Shown piece by piece: positions 1 to 10,612 of a stretch of 62,249 nt of DNA (its first letter is position 1; each line of letters starts with the position of its first letter). Made by a program: the position numbers and the translations under genes. The DNA is from Ignavibacteria bacterium (GTDB taxonomy: Bacteria; Bacteroidota; Ignavibacteria; Palsa-1295), in contig JABDDM010000006.1 in NCBI GenBank assembly GCA_013287605.1, positions 1 through 62,249 on the forward strand, read 5' to 3'. The notes under the pieces were generated by a model, which saw only the letters and a list, made by a program, of their open reading frames with translations, was not told the DNA's origin and did no database searches.

Positions 1-558
1 CTCCGCCAGCAGAGGGACAACCAGTGTTCTGACAGCACGATAGAATTCGGGGTCGCGGAACATCGAGGTGACGTTTACTGTCACCGTCGCAAGAAATCGC
101 TTCCAGGCCACTGGATCATGAAAGATCTTGTCCTGGAGTCCAGAGATCGTCGTGAGGTTCTCGGAGCGAAGACACTTCCAGATGCGCCGCTTAAAGGACC
201 CAGGAGAGTACTGCCTGAAATCGAAGCCGTATCGCTTGTAGATTCCTTCAAGCAACAACTGGATCTCGAGAGTCTCAAGTGCTGATGCATCGTCACCCTC
301 TGCAATCACCGATCCGGCTGGGACAACCCCAGACTCGAGCAACGCGCTTGGCACGTCCGGAGTATCGAACCCCCATCCACTGAAATCGGAGGGATCACGC
401 AACTCTTCCTCAGCGACGAGCTCGAGATCCGCAAGCTGATCCTCATTTGCGAGCAGTTCTTCTTGCAGGACGAACGGCACCGGCTGCTCGAGTTCGGGCG
501 ACGGAGCAGGCTCTTTGTTGAGCGCGTCACGGTCCATTGCAGGTTCCTTCTGGCTCAT
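1..558 (-). CDS. cheR: CheR-type protein-glutamate methyltransferase, runs off the left window edge, with an acidic N-terminal extension
   Basis: Not in the ORF track. Manual translation from ATG at 558: MSQKEP...LEIQLLLEGIYKRYGFDFRQYSPGSFKRRIWKCL...TVNVTSMFRDPEFYRAVR, the CheR N-terminal signature. Starts 4 nt after the kinase stop. Confidence 0.9.
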   Translation of the reverse strand, partial: MSQKEPAMDRDALNKEPAPSPELEQPVPFVLQEELLANEDQLADLELVAEEELRDPSDFSGWGFDTPDVPSALLESGVVPAGSVIAEGDDASALETLEIQLLLEGIYKRYGFDFRQYSPGSFKRRIWKCLRSENLTTISGLQDKIFHDPVAWKRFLATVTVNVTSMFRDPEFYRAVRTLVVPLLAE

Positions 559-562
559 ACGC

Positions 563-3500
563 TCACTTATACATCCAGATCCGGAGCAAGGAGAGCAGCT
601 GCTCTACATCCACCGGTTTCGTGATATAATCGCTTGCTCCTGCTTCGATACATTTCTCACGATCTCCCTTCATCGCCTTTGCCGTAACTGCAATAATTGG
701 CAGTGACTTGAATTTCTTATTTTTACGAATCGTCCGCATCGCTTCGTAACCATCCATTCCAGGCATCATGACGTCCATGAGCACTGCCTCAATATCTGGC
801 GATCGCTCGAGGATCTCAATGCCATCCTTGCCATTCTCAGCGTAGACGACTTCCATCTGGTGTCGCTCGAGGATGCTCGTGAGGGCGAAGATGTTTCGGA
901 TATCATCGTCGACAACAAGCACCTTTTTCTTCGCAAGCGCCACTTCACTATGATGCATGTTCTCAAGCCGTGATCGCTTGTCTTCCGGCAGATTTGCTTC
1001 AACCCGATGAAGGAAGAGCGCCGTTTCATCCAGAAGCCTGTCAATCGAACTCACACCCTTTGCGATAACTGCTTCCGCGAGTTTGCTCAGTTCGGCTGCC
1101 TGTTTGGTCGTTAAGTCCCTCCCCGTATATACCACGATTGGGAGGTCCTTTAGCTCAAGCTCCTTCCGTATCTTTTTGATGAGATCAAATCCGCTCATGT
1201 CCGGCAATCCAAGATCAAGAACCGTACAATCAAAGCGGTCTTTCCTCAGCAGTTCCAACGCTTCTTCGCCTGTTCCGACGGTGATCATTTCGATATCGTC
1301 GTCACCAATCATCTCCTTAATCGCTAGGCGCTGATTCTCATCATCCTCGACGACAAGCAATCGTTTGATCGGGCGCTCGACGAAGTCTTTGATACTGTCC
1401 ATCGCATGTGCCATCCCTTCAGGAGAGACGGGCTTTCTCACATGTGCAAGTGCACCAAGCTTCCGATTTCTTGGAAGTTCATCACCAGCGCTGACAATAT
1501 GAACCGGTATGTGGCGCGTCGTCGGATCGTGCTTCAGTCGATCGAGCACTGCAAGGCCGTGCATTCCCGGCAGTTGAATGTCAAGCGTGATTGCGTCAGG
1601 CTTGAATCGACGTGCAAGAAGAAGGGCCGTTTCACCACGTCCCGCGACGATACCCTTAAATCCCTTCTCGCGCGCCATGTTCAGAAGTATGCGTGCGAAG
1701 TTCGGGTCGTCCTCGACAACGAGGAGCGTGCGATCACCCGGCTCGATGAGCGCCTGATCATCTTCAACTTGATTCTCGATCAGAACGGAAGGATCGGAAC
1801 CGTAACTCATCGACAATGCAGACTTGTCACTTCCGATCGGATGTATCGTTGACGGCATTTTTTCGGGGATCCATCCTTCTTCAGACCCTTCGCGAGCCCC
1901 AATCGTCGTCGGTGTGTACGTCTGCGGCAAGTAGAGTACAAAGCTGCTGCCTTCGCCAGGAGCACTTGTCAGTTTGATCTCACCGCCAAGCAATCTGGCA
2001 ATCTCTCGGCTGATCGAAAGTCCAAGCCCCGTACCGCCATAGTTACGGCTCGTCGTCCCATCCGCTTGCTGGAATGCCTCGAAAATAATTCGGTGCTTCT
2101 CTTTCGGTATACCGATGCCGGTATCCTTGACTGTGAACCCTATCACTTGCTCTGCGTGATTTAGCAGCTCGTTATCGAACTGTCCCTGATGCTCAACAGC
2201 CGTCATCGTGAGCGTCACCTGGCCGTTGTCCGTGAATTTGAATGCGTTCGAGAGGAGGTTCTTTAGCACTTGTTGAAGTCGCTTCGCATCGGTTGTGATT
2301 AGTGATGGTGTTTTTGCTTCGATCACAATCTCGAACCCAAGTTGTTTCTCATGCGCGATCTGGTTAAAGGTACGCTCCATGTCGGACTTGACATCCGTGA
2401 GCGGCACCTCGTTAACTTCGACAGCCATCGTGCCGGACTCAATCTTTGAAAGATCCAGGATCTCATTGATCAGGCCGAAGAGATCCGCCCCGGACGAATG
2501 GATGGTCTCCGCGAACTCGACTTGCTTGGCGGTAAGGTTGTGCTCGACATTATCAGCAAGCATCTTCGAAAGGATGAGCATGCTATTCAGTGGAGTACGC
2601 AATTCGTGCGACATGTTCGCAAGGAATTCCGACTTGTATTTTGAGGTAAGAGCCAATTGCTCTGCTTTCTCTTCGAGAGCGCGTCTCGCAAGTTCGATCT
2701 CGCGATTCTTGTTCTCGACTTCTGTCTTCTGCTCGCTGAGGAGTTGCGCCTTCTCTTCGAGCTCTTCGTTCGTCTGCTGCAACTCTTCCTGTTGCTGCTT
2801 GAGTAGTTCTTCGGAAGCCTGCAACGACTTTGCCTGTTGTTCAAGGCGGCGGTTCGTGCCGGTAAGCTCTTGCTGCTGGCTCTGCAATTCCTGCGTGAGG
2901 GACTGCGATTGCGCGAGCAGCGATTCCGTGCGCATGTTTGCTTCGATCGTATTGAGTACGATACCGATCGATTCCGTTAATTGATCGAGTAATGCAAGAT
3001 GATTGTCGTTGAAGGAGTGGAATGAGGCTAGCTCGATCACTGCCTTCACCTGACCTTCAAAGAGTACCGGCAGGACGACGATATTGAGCGGTGCCGATTC
3101 TCCTAGCCCGGAGTTGATCTTGATGTAGTCGTTCGGCACTCCATTAACGAGAATGCGTTCTTTCTCGAGTGCGCATTGACCAACAAGCCCTTCTCCAATC
3201 CTGAATTCATTGCTCAGATTCTTGCGCTCTTTGTAGGCGTAGCTCGCAAGCAGTTTGAGAATAACTTCTTCGCCGACAACCTCTGTGATATAGAAGACGC
3301 CATGCTGAACACTCACGAGTGGTCCGAGCTCGGAAAGAATGAGCCTTGAAACTGTCCAAAGATCTTTCTGCCCCTGCAGCAACCTGGTGAATGTCGCAAG
3401 GTTGGTCTTGAGCCAGTCCTGCTCGGTGTTCTTATGCGTCGTGTCCTTAAGATTACGGATCATCTCGTTCACGTTATCTTTAAGATAAGCGACTTCGCCT

Positions 3501-6500
3501 GCCGCTTCGACTGTGATGGAACGAGTGAGATCTCCCTTCGTCACTGCTGTAGCAACTTCAGCCATTGCTCGGATCTGAGTAGTCAAGCTGGCTGCGAGTC
3601 GATTTACGTTGTCGGTCAGATCGCGCCATGTTCCGCTTGCACCTGGTACGTTAGCCTGGCCTCCGAGTTTACCCTCGATACCTACTTCGCGAGCCACCGT
3701 CGTTACCTGATCAGCAAAGGTTGCGAGCGTGTCGATCATCGCGTTGATCGTGTCGGCCAGTTCGGCGATTTCGCCCATGGCTTCTACAGCAAGTTTGCGC
3801 TTGAGGTTACCATTTGCAACGGCTGTAACGACTCGTGCAATGCCTCGCACTTGTGCAGTGAGATTACCTGCCATGAAGTTCACATTGTCCGTGAGGTCCT
3901 TCCATGTACCGGCAACACCCTTCACTTCCGCTTGACCACCAAGTTTTCCTTCTGTTCCTACTTCACGCGCTACACGTGTTACTTCGGACGCGAATGAGCT
4001 GAGCTGATCTACCATCGTGTTAATGGTATTCTTAAGCTCGAGCAGTTCTCCCTTTACATCGACGGTGATCTTCTTCGAGAAGTCTCCATTGGCAACCGCG
4101 GTTGTTACATTCGCAATGTTTCGAACTTGCGCAGTAAGGTTCGATGCCATGAAGTTCACATTGTCTGTGAGATCTTTCCATGTGCCGCTTACTCCTCTTA
4201 CTTCCGCCTGTCCACCGAGCTTGCCTTCAGTACCCACTTCACGCGCCACGCGTGTTACTTCCGAAGCGAAGCTATTAAGCTGGTCTACCATCGTATTGAT
4301 GGTGTTCTTGAGCTCGAGCATCTCGCCTTTTACATCCACTGTGATCTTCTTGGAGAGATCTCCATTTGCTACAGCCGTAGTAACTTCCGCGATGTTTCGG
4401 ACCTGTCCGGTGAGATTACCGGCCATGAAGTTTACATTGTCGGTGAGGTCTTTCCACGTACCCGAGACCCCTTTCACGACTGCCTGACCACCAAGGTTTC
4501 CTTCCGTTCCTACTTCACGTGCCACACGAGTTACTTCCGATGCGAACGAGCTGAGCTGGTCCACCATTGTGTTGATCGTGTTCTTGAGCTCGAGCATTTC
4601 TCCTTTTACATCCACCGTGATCTTCTTGGAGAGATCACCATTTGCCACGGCAGTTGTAACTTCGGCGATATTACGCACTTGACCAGTAAGGTTGCCGGCC
4701 ATCGAGTTTACATTATCGGTGAGATCTTTCCATGTACCGGAGACTCCCTTCACCTGCGCCTGGCCTCCGAGCTTTCCTTCCGTTCCTACCTCACGCGCCA
4801 CGCGTGTTACTTCCGATGCGAATGAGCTAAGCTGGTCCACCATCGTATTGATGGTGTTCTTGAGCTCGAGCATCTCTCCTTTTACATCTACTGTGATCTT
4901 CTTTCTGAGATCGCCATTAGCTACCGCTGTCGTAACTTCTGCGATGTTACGCACCTGACCGGTAAGGTTACCGGCCATCGAGTTTACGTTATCGGTGAGA
5001 TCTTTCCATGTTCCCGCGACTCCTCGCACTTCTGCCTGGCCACCAAGCTTTCCTTCTGTACCCACTTCACGCGCCACACGCGTTACTTCCGATGCAAATG
5101 AGCTGAGCTGGTCCACCATCGTATTGATCGTGTTCTTGAGCTCCAGTGTCTCACCCTTGACATCTACCGTGATTTTCTTGGACAAATCGCCATTGGCAAC
5201 CGCCGTCGTAACTGCTGCGATATTTCGCACTTGCGACGTAAGATTACCTGCCATGAAATTTACATTGTCGGTCAGATCCTTCCACGTACCGGCAACGCCT
5301 TTGACTTCCGCCTGACCACCAAGCTTTCCTTCAGTACCTACTTCGCGTGCAACACGCGTTACTTCGGAAGCGAATGAGCTAAGCTGGTCCACCATCGTAT
5401 TGACGGTGTTTTTAAGCTCCAGAATTTCGCCTTGTGCATCTACTGTGATCTTCTTTGAAAGGTCACCATTTGCTACGGCTGTTGTAACTTCGGCGATGTT
5501 ACGCACCTGACCGGTCAGATTTCCGGCCATCGAGTTTACATTATCGGTAAGGTCTTTCCATGTGCCTCCAACTCCACGTACTTCGGCCTGGCCGCCGAGC
5601 TTTCCTTCGGTGCCTACTTCACGCGCCACACGCGTTACTTCGGACGCGAAGCTATTGAGCTGGTCGACCATCGTGTTGATCGTGTTCTTGAGCTCCAGAA
5701 TTTCGCCTTTCGCATCGACGGTGATCGTCTTCGAAAGATCGCCGTTTGCCACAGCCGTCGTAACCTCAGCGATGTTTCGGACCTGCGCAGTGAGGTTACC
5801 AGCCATGAAGTTCACATTGTCAGTGAGATCCTTCCACGTCCCGGCAACTCCGCGCACTTCGGCCTGACCACCAAGCTCGCCTTCTCTTCCTACTTCTCGA
5901 GCGACACGGGTTACTTCCGAGGCGAAGGAGCTAAGCTGGTCCACCATTGTATTGATGGTGTTCTTAAGCTCGAGCATCTCTCCTTTTACATCTACCGTGA
6001 TCTTCTTGGAGAGATCGCCATTTGCCACTGCCGTTGTAACTTCGGCAATGTTTCGCACCTGTCCGGTAAGGTTACCGGCCATCGAGTTAACATTATCGGT
6101 GAGATCTTTCCATGTCCCGGAGACTCCTTTTACAACTGCCTGACCACCGAGCTTTCCTTCCGTACCTACCTCACGCGCTACACGGGTTACTTCCGATGCG
6201 AACGAGCTAAGCTGGTCCACCATCGTATTAATCGTGTTTTTCAATTCGAGGATCTCTCCTTTAGCGTCGACGGTGATTTCCTTCGAAAGATCTCCGTTCG
6301 CAACAGCGGTCGTCACTTCGGCAATATTTCGTACCTGGGCGGTGAGATTTCCCGCCATGAAGTTCACGCTATCGGTAAGGTCTTTCCAGGTTCCTGAAAC
6401 TCCTTTGACAGCGGCCTGACCACCGAGCTTTCCTTCTGTACCTACTTCACGAGCAACGCGCGTTACTTCCGATGCGAACGAGCTGAGCTGGTCCACCATC

Positions 6501-7075
6501 GTATTGACCACCTTACCCGTGCGCATGAACTCGCCTTTGAGCGGACGTCCATCAAGTTCGAGTGCCAACGTTTGAGAGAGATCCCCTTTCGCTACGCCAC
6601 CGATTACGCGTGCGACTTCTGTGAGTGGCTGAGCCAGATCGGTGATGAGGGTATTAACAGATTCCACACAGGAATCCCAACCGCCGGAAGCATTTCTCAG
6701 CGTCGCGCGCTGGTTGATCTTTCCCTCTTTACCGACAACTGAACTGATTCGCTCCAGCTCTTTGGTGAGCCGCTCGTTCATCTCAATGACGTCGTTGAGC
6801 GTGTCTGCGATCTTGCCAACGATCCCGACATCATCGGCATCAAATCGGACGCTAAAGTCTCCTTTTTTGACAGAGGAGAGCGTCCGAAGTAGTAGCTTAA
6901 GATCAAGGTGGGCACCATTCGATTGCGCTTCGGAAGGCGTCAGCACGGACGGACTTTTCAGTACGGCCTTTTGATCCAGCACATCTGATACATTGCGCTT
7001 AGAACGTGCAGAGGTCTTGCCGTTCAAAGGACTGTGCAATGTCTTCAATTCGCCATTTAGTTTGCCGTTCGCCAT
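563..7075 (-). CDS. Cytoplasmic poly-HAMP hybrid histidine kinase (HAMP array, GAF, coiled coil, HisKA, HATPase, 3 receiver domains)
   Basis: Eleven 92-aa repeats; H-box [13 protein letters not shown]; N-box [14 protein letters not shown]; G-boxes DTGIGI and GGTGLGL; receivers LLVVEDD..LDIQLP, LLVVEDD..LDLGLP, VLVVDDD..MDVMMP; no TM segment seen. Confidence 0.95.
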   Translation of the reverse strand: MANGKLNGELKTLHSPLNGKTSARSKRNVSDVLDQKAVLKSPSVLTPSEAQSNGAHLDLKLLLRTLSSVKKGDFSVRFDADDVGIVGKIADTLNDVIEMNERLTKELERISSVVGKEGKINQRATLRNASGGWDSCVESVNTLITDLAQPLTEVARVIGGVAKGDLSQTLALELDGRPLKGEFMRTGKVVNTMVDQLSSFASEVTRVAREVGTEGKLGGQAAVKGVSGTWKDLTDSVNFMAGNLTAQVRNIAEVTTAVANGDLSKEITVDAKGEILELKNTINTMVDQLSSFASEVTRVAREVGTEGKLGGQAVVKGVSGTWKDLTDNVNSMAGNLTGQVRNIAEVTTAVANGDLSKKITVDVKGEMLELKNTINTMVDQLSSFASEVTRVAREVGREGELGGQAEVRGVAGTWKDLTDNVNFMAGNLTAQVRNIAEVTTAVANGDLSKTITVDAKGEILELKNTINTMVDQLNSFASEVTRVAREVGTEGKLGGQAEVRGVGGTWKDLTDNVNSMAGNLTGQVRNIAEVTTAVANGDLSKKITVDAQGEILELKNTVNTMVDQLSSFASEVTRVAREVGTEGKLGGQAEVKGVAGTWKDLTDNVNFMAGNLTSQVRNIAAVTTAVANGDLSKKITVDVKGETLELKNTINTMVDQLSSFASEVTRVAREVGTEGKLGGQAEVRGVAGTWKDLTDNVNSMAGNLTGQVRNIAEVTTAVANGDLRKKITVDVKGEMLELKNTINTMVDQLSSFASEVTRVAREVGTEGKLGGQAQVKGVSGTWKDLTDNVNSMAGNLTGQVRNIAEVTTAVANGDLSKKITVDVKGEMLELKNTINTMVDQLSSFASEVTRVAREVGTEGNLGGQAVVKGVSGTWKDLTDNVNFMAGNLTGQVRNIAEVTTAVANGDLSKKITVDVKGEMLELKNTINTMVDQLNSFASEVTRVAREVGTEGKLGGQAEVRGVSGTWKDLTDNVNFMASNLTAQVRNIANVTTAVANGDFSKKITVDVKGELLELKNTINTMVDQLSSFASEVTRVAREVGTEGKLGGQAEVKGVAGTWKDLTDNVNFMAGNLTAQVRGIARVVTAVANGNLKRKLAVEAMGEIAELADTINAMIDTLATFADQVTTVAREVGIEGKLGGQANVPGASGTWRDLTDNVNRLAASLTTQIRAMAEVATAVTKGDLTRSITVEAAGEVAYLKDNVNEMIRNLKDTTHKNTEQDWLKTNLATFTRLLQGQKDLWTVSRLILSELGPLVSVQHGVFYITEVVGEEVILKLLASYAYKERKNLSNEFRIGEGLVGQCALEKERILVNGVPNDYIKINSGLGESAPLNIVVLPVLFEGQVKAVIELASFHSFNDNHLALLDQLTESIGIVLNTIEANMRTESLLAQSQSLTQELQSQQQELTGTNRRLEQQAKSLQASEELLKQQQEELQQTNEELEEKAQLLSEQKTEVENKNREIELARRALEEKAEQLALTSKYKSEFLANMSHELRTPLNSMLILSKMLADNVEHNLTAKQVEFAETIHSSGADLFGLINEILDLSKIESGTMAVEVNEVPLTDVKSDMERTFNQIAHEKQLGFEIVIEAKTPSLITTDAKRLQQVLKNLLSNAFKFTDNGQVTLTMTAVEHQGQFDNELLNHAEQVIGFTVKDTGIGIPKEKHRIIFEAFQQADGTTSRNYGGTGLGLSISREIARLLGGEIKLTSAPGEGSSFVLYLPQTYTPTTIGAREGSEEGWIPEKMPSTIHPIGSDKSALSMSYGSDPSVLIENQVEDDQALIEPGDRTLLVVEDDPNFARILLNMAREKGFKGIVAGRGETALLLARRFKPDAITLDIQLPGMHGLAVLDRLKHDPTTRHIPVHIVSAGDELPRNRKLGALAHVRKPVSPEGMAHAMDSIKDFVERPIKRLLVVEDDENQRLAIKEMIGDDDIEMITVGTGEEALELLRKDRFDCTVLDLGLPDMSGFDLIKKIRKELELKDLPIVVYTGRDLTTKQAAELSKLAEAVIAKGVSSIDRLLDETALFLHRVEANLPEDKRSRLENMHHSEVALAKKKVLVVDDDIRNIFALTSILERHQMEVVYAENGKDGIEILERSPDIEAVLMDVMMPGMDGYEAMRTIRKNKKFKSLPIIAVTAKAMKGDREKCIEAGASDYITKPVDVEQLLSLLRIWMYK
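3464..6500 (-). repeat. Intragenic tandem array of eleven 276-bp units encoding HAMP repeats
   Basis: The motif ggtccaccatcgt and its variants recur every 276 nt (about 6490, 6214, 5938, 5662, 5386, 5110, 4834, 4558, 4282, 4006, 3730). Confidence 0.95.
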
Positions 7076-7352
7076 AACTGTAAAATGCTAAAGTTTTTTA
7101 GAACAAAGGGACATGGAGACTCTCTCTCCTTGACGATAAATAACCTGGGACGACCCCTGAAAGAAGACAATATGAAATCGAGCGCAACAAGCCCCTCCCC
7201 AGCAGACGCTTGCAAAACGTAAGTGAGTCATCACAGTCTGAAAGGAAGAGGTCACAAAAGCTCGCGTTTACGGGACAAAATCTGAAAAACCGCACAGAAG
7301 CCAAGGGTTCTCAATTTTCGCCGCCAAAGCTCAGCGGTATTTCTGCAATAAA

Positions 7353-7368
7353 TGCGAATCTTGTGCCA
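7353..7368 (-). promoter_or_regulatory. Putative sigma54 -24/-12 promoter for the kinase-cheR operon
   Basis: Minus strand TGGCAC-AAGAT-TCGCA vs consensus TGGCAC-N5-TTGCW (one mismatch), about 280 nt upstream of the kinase ATG. Confidence 0.55.
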
Positions 7369-7489
7369 CGACAAACGTTGGGGACACGCAGCTTGGACGA
7401 TGGTGAGGTGAAGGCGAGCTGCCGAATGCAGACCAAATTAGCTAATCTTGATTCGATTTTCAGCGGATCCCGGTTCGTGCCGATAAAGC

Positions 7490-7523
7490 TTTGTTCGACC
7501 GAGCCGCCGATACGCTATCTTTG
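7490..7523 (+). promoter_or_regulatory. Putative Bacteroidota-type housekeeping promoter of dnaN
   Basis: TTTG (7490-7493), 22-nt spacer, TATCTTTG (7516-7523); matches -33 TTTG / -7 TAnnTTTG. Confidence 0.55.
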
Positions 7524-7599
7524 CCACACGATCACGTGTCGCCTGTGTCGCCTTTCTAATTGACTCTTATCACGTTCGTTTGCTGTTTTATCAGAGACC

Positions 7600-8715
7600 A
7601 TGAAGTTTTCCGCACAGATCAAACCGCTTCAGGAAGCACTCTCCAAAGTCATTGCCGTTATTCCGAGCAAGTCGACGCTCGCCCAACTCGAGTCGGTGCA
7701 TACCGAGCTCAAAGGCAATCAACTAAAATTAACTGGGACTGACCTCGAAATCACCGTTTCGGTCGCGCTCGAAGTAAGCGGAAAGACCGATGGCTCGGCG
7801 AACGTGCCAGCACGCATTTTTCATGAGATCGTTCGTGCGCTGCCTGAAGGCGAGATCACATTTTCGCTGGATCCGGCAACCCGCCGAGTGCAGCTCCAGA
7901 CGAGCCAGGGCAATTACACACTGACTGCCGATGACTCGGCGACCATACCTCAGGCTGCCACGGAATTCAAGCCAGATGGTTCGATAAAAGTCGCAGCCGA
8001 AACGATCAAGCGGATGATTGGCAAAACGCTCTTCGCTGTTTCGACCGACGAACTCCGTCCGAGTATGATGGGCGTCCTCTTCCAGTTTTCGCCTGAAGGG
8101 ACTCGCGCGGTCTCCACAGACGGTCATCGTCTCGTGCGAATCCTGAATTCGTCGCTCAAAGCCGATAACGAAGTCGATGTCATTATCCCGAGCAAAGCGC
8201 TTGGGCTAGTGCTCAAATCTTTCGCCGATAGCGAAGAATTGAGTCTCTCCTTCAGCAATACTCAAGTTGAATTCAAGAACGCTTCAACCTGGATCCTCAG
8301 CCGGTTGATCGATGAGCGCTATCCGAACTATGAAGCAGTTATCCCGCGCGAAAACGACAAGCAACTGATGATCTCCAAGGATGCAATGCTTAGGAGCGTC
8401 AAGCGCGTTTCGATCTTTGCGAACACGACCACTCGCCAATTGAAGTTCCAACTCGCGAAAGACTCCATGTCGATACTCGCTGAAAATTTCGATGCCGGCA
8501 ACGAAGCGCGAGAGCTCATTCCCTGCGATTATGGTCAGGATGACCTTACCATCGGCTTCAACGGACGCTTCATTGAAGATGCGTTAAGCCATCTCGACAC
8601 CGACGACATCACACTCAAATTCTCCACACCGACTCGGGCCGCGATCGTCGAACCTGCACAATTGCCAAACGAGGATCTGCTGATGCTCGTAATGCCGGTG
8701 CGTCTCAATAGCTGA
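7600..8715 (+). CDS. dnaN: DNA polymerase III beta sliding clamp
   Basis: 371 aa; GTDLEI, STDGHRL, SRLIDERYPNY, IGFNGRFI, C-terminal LVMPVRL. Confidence 0.97.
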   Translation: MKFSAQIKPLQEALSKVIAVIPSKSTLAQLESVHTELKGNQLKLTGTDLEITVSVALEVSGKTDGSANVPARIFHEIVRALPEGEITFSLDPATRRVQLQTSQGNYTLTADDSATIPQAATEFKPDGSIKVAAETIKRMIGKTLFAVSTDELRPSMMGVLFQFSPEGTRAVSTDGHRLVRILNSSLKADNEVDVIIPSKALGLVLKSFADSEELSLSFSNTQVEFKNASTWILSRLIDERYPNYEAVIPRENDKQLMISKDAMLRSVKRVSIFANTTTRQLKFQLAKDSMSILAENFDAGNEARELIPCDYGQDDLTIGFNGRFIEDALSHLDTDDITLKFSTPTRAAIVEPAQLPNEDLLMLVMPVRLNS

Positions 8716-8754
8716 GCGCTGTACTAATACGCATTTTATTTCTGCAGTCCGAAC

Positions 8755-9915
8755 GTGAGAGCAGATAGTCTCGGGCTGCAACACATTCGCAATCATCGCG
8801 AAACACGCGTGGCTGGTCTTGCGCCGCGCATCAACGTATTCGTTGGCCCGAATGGCGCCGGAAAGACCACGATCCTCGAAGCTCTCTCTTTAGCTACGCT
8901 TACCAAGAGTTTCAACACGAGTTCTGACGTTGCACTTGTCGCCGAGGGATCAACCTCGCTTCAGATCGATGCCAGGTTTGAGTCCGATCTGGGTGTATCC
9001 ACCCGCGTAATGGTCGATCTTCAGGTGGGCCCTCCGATGAAGAAAACGCTTACTGTAAACAACGAGCGGCTGCGCGCTGCAAGCGATCTAATTGGTCGTG
9101 CGCCCGTCGTTGTTCTCACGCCTGACGACAAGATCATAACCAGCGGCCCGCCGGCCGAGCGACGGAGGTTCATGAATGTTGTGCTCTCGCAGGCAAGCCG
9201 CTCGTATCTCGAGCATGAGTTGGAATTCAAACGCGCACTGAAGCAGCGAAATGCGATCCTTACCGAAGCGAAACAATTTCGTCGCTCGCTTGCTGATATT
9301 CGTCCACTCGTCGAACCTTGGACGGAGATGGTCATCCATCATGCTGCTCGCGTAATTGAACGTCGTGCCAGATTCACTGAAGAATTTCGCCCACATCTGA
9401 CAGAGAGCTACGGACTTGTTTCTGAGAATCGTGAGAGCCCAGATCTCGCTTATCAGCCGATGGGACTAGATAATGCTGGACTATCCGAACTTGGTGCCGA
9501 AGGATTTCTTCGACAACAGCTGCAGGTGGTGCAGCAGGATGAACTACGGCGAGGTGTCTCGCTTGTTGGTGCGCACCGGGATGATCTGATGTTGTATATT
9601 AACGGTCACTCGCCGGCTCGCGATCACGCTTCGCAGGGACAGCACAAAACGCTTTTGGTGGCAATGAAACTTGCAGAGTTTCGTTATCTAAAAGAGGCGT
9701 CCGGTGAGACGCCAATGCTCTTGCTCGACGATGTCTTCAGTGAGTTGGACCAGTCCCGAGCCGCAAGGCTTCTCGAACTCGCAGAAGACGGAGGTTTTGG
9801 ACAAACCTTTGTTACTTCGACCGATAAGACGATTTTTGAACGATCGCTCTCGTTTGAGGGCGGAGAACATCGTCTTTTTGAGGTGATCGAGGGCGAAGTC
9901 CGTGAGCACCTGTAA
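8755..9915 (+). CDS. recF: DNA replication/repair protein RecF
   Basis: Walker A GPNGAGKT, GPPAERRRF, ASQGQHKT, LLLDDVFSELD; follows dnaN. Confidence 0.95.
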   Translation: MRADSLGLQHIRNHRETRVAGLAPRINVFVGPNGAGKTTILEALSLATLTKSFNTSSDVALVAEGSTSLQIDARFESDLGVSTRVMVDLQVGPPMKKTLTVNNERLRAASDLIGRAPVVVLTPDDKIITSGPPAERRRFMNVVLSQASRSYLEHELEFKRALKQRNAILTEAKQFRRSLADIRPLVEPWTEMVIHHAARVIERRARFTEEFRPHLTESYGLVSENRESPDLAYQPMGLDNAGLSELGAEGFLRQQLQVVQQDELRRGVSLVGAHRDDLMLYINGHSPARDHASQGQHKTLLVAMKLAEFRYLKEASGETPMLLLDDVFSELDQSRAARLLELAEDGGFGQTFVTSTDKTIFERSLSFEGGEHRLFEVIEGEVREHL

Positions 9916-9957
9916 TATTAAGTTTTGGAGCCCATACGTTTTTCTTGTAATTTGTTG

Positions 9958-10242
9958 ATGGCCAGACCGTTATCTTTACGTAATATCATTCCGTCAACTC
10001 TTAAGGAATTTGGGCTGGAGGAGAAAGCCCACAAGTACTCGATCCTGACGAGTTGGCCAGAGATCGTCGGAGAGAGCGTCGCCGCGGTGACGATTCCGAT
10101 GAAGCTTGAGCGAGGAGTGCTGCACATTCGCGTCGCGAATGCAGTTTGGAAGTACGAGTTGACAATGCGGAAGTCAGAGATCTTACGGAAGATCCACCAG
10201 AAATACGGCGAATTGAGCGTTTCAGACATTCATTGGAAATGA
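9958..10242 (+). CDS. dciA: DUF721/DciA-family protein (helicase loader-like)
   Basis: WPEIVGESVAAVT..GVLHIRVANAVWKYEL motif; classical position after recF; ATG at 9958 chosen as start. Confidence 0.85.
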   Translation: MARPLSLRNIIPSTLKEFGLEEKAHKYSILTSWPEIVGESVAAVTIPMKLERGVLHIRVANAVWKYELTMRKSEILRKIHQKYGELSVSDIHWK

Positions 10243-10559
10243 TCCCAAAACTCCATCATCGGTCACTCTACATTGCGATCGCGATTTATGTGGTCATGTC
10301 ACCACTATCGACCTACAATACGTTCGCGATGTTTGGGCTGGTTGAATCCAAGCTTCCAGGTTTGCAGCTTGCTCTGACGCTCATCATGATCGGCTTCGCA
10401 ATTGTCGCATCAAAACCTCTTTCAAGACATCTCAGCACAAATTCTGAAGTAGAGTATCCGAAGCTCTGGACTGCCGGATTTTGGGTGATCGGACCGCCCG
10501 TTCTCTTCGCGTATTATCATCTCCGCCTCCGTCGCAAGCCGGATTTGCTCGCCGCATAA
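10239..10559 (+). CDS. Small membrane protein (about 3 TM), unknown function
   Basis: ATGA overlap with the dciA stop; 106 aa with three hydrophobic stretches and a basic tail. Confidence 0.65.
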   Translation: MIPKLHHRSLYIAIAIYVVMSPLSTYNTFAMFGLVESKLPGLQLALTLIMIGFAIVASKPLSRHLSTNSEVEYPKLWTAGFWVIGPPVLFAYYHLRLRRKPDLLAA

Positions 10560-10564
10560 AGAAA

Positions 10565-10588
10565 TCCTCCCTCCTTTCGGAGAGAGGA
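10565..10588 (-). terminator. Intrinsic terminator between convergent genes
   Basis: Minus strand UCCUCUCUCC-GAAA-GGAGGGAGGA followed by UUUCUUU. Confidence 0.7.
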
Positions 10589-10612
10589 CATTCAGTTCAA
10601 TTCTGATTCTAC

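Noticed and set aside
3464-6500. Regular repeats as a CRISPR array or DGR
   Set aside because: Units are 276-bp in-frame coding repeats without unique spacers; no cas or reverse transcriptase gene.
7076-7599. Possible oriC upstream of dnaN
   Set aside because: No cluster of TTATCCACA-like boxes (only one weak TTTGCCACA), no dnaA and no clear AT-rich unwinding element.
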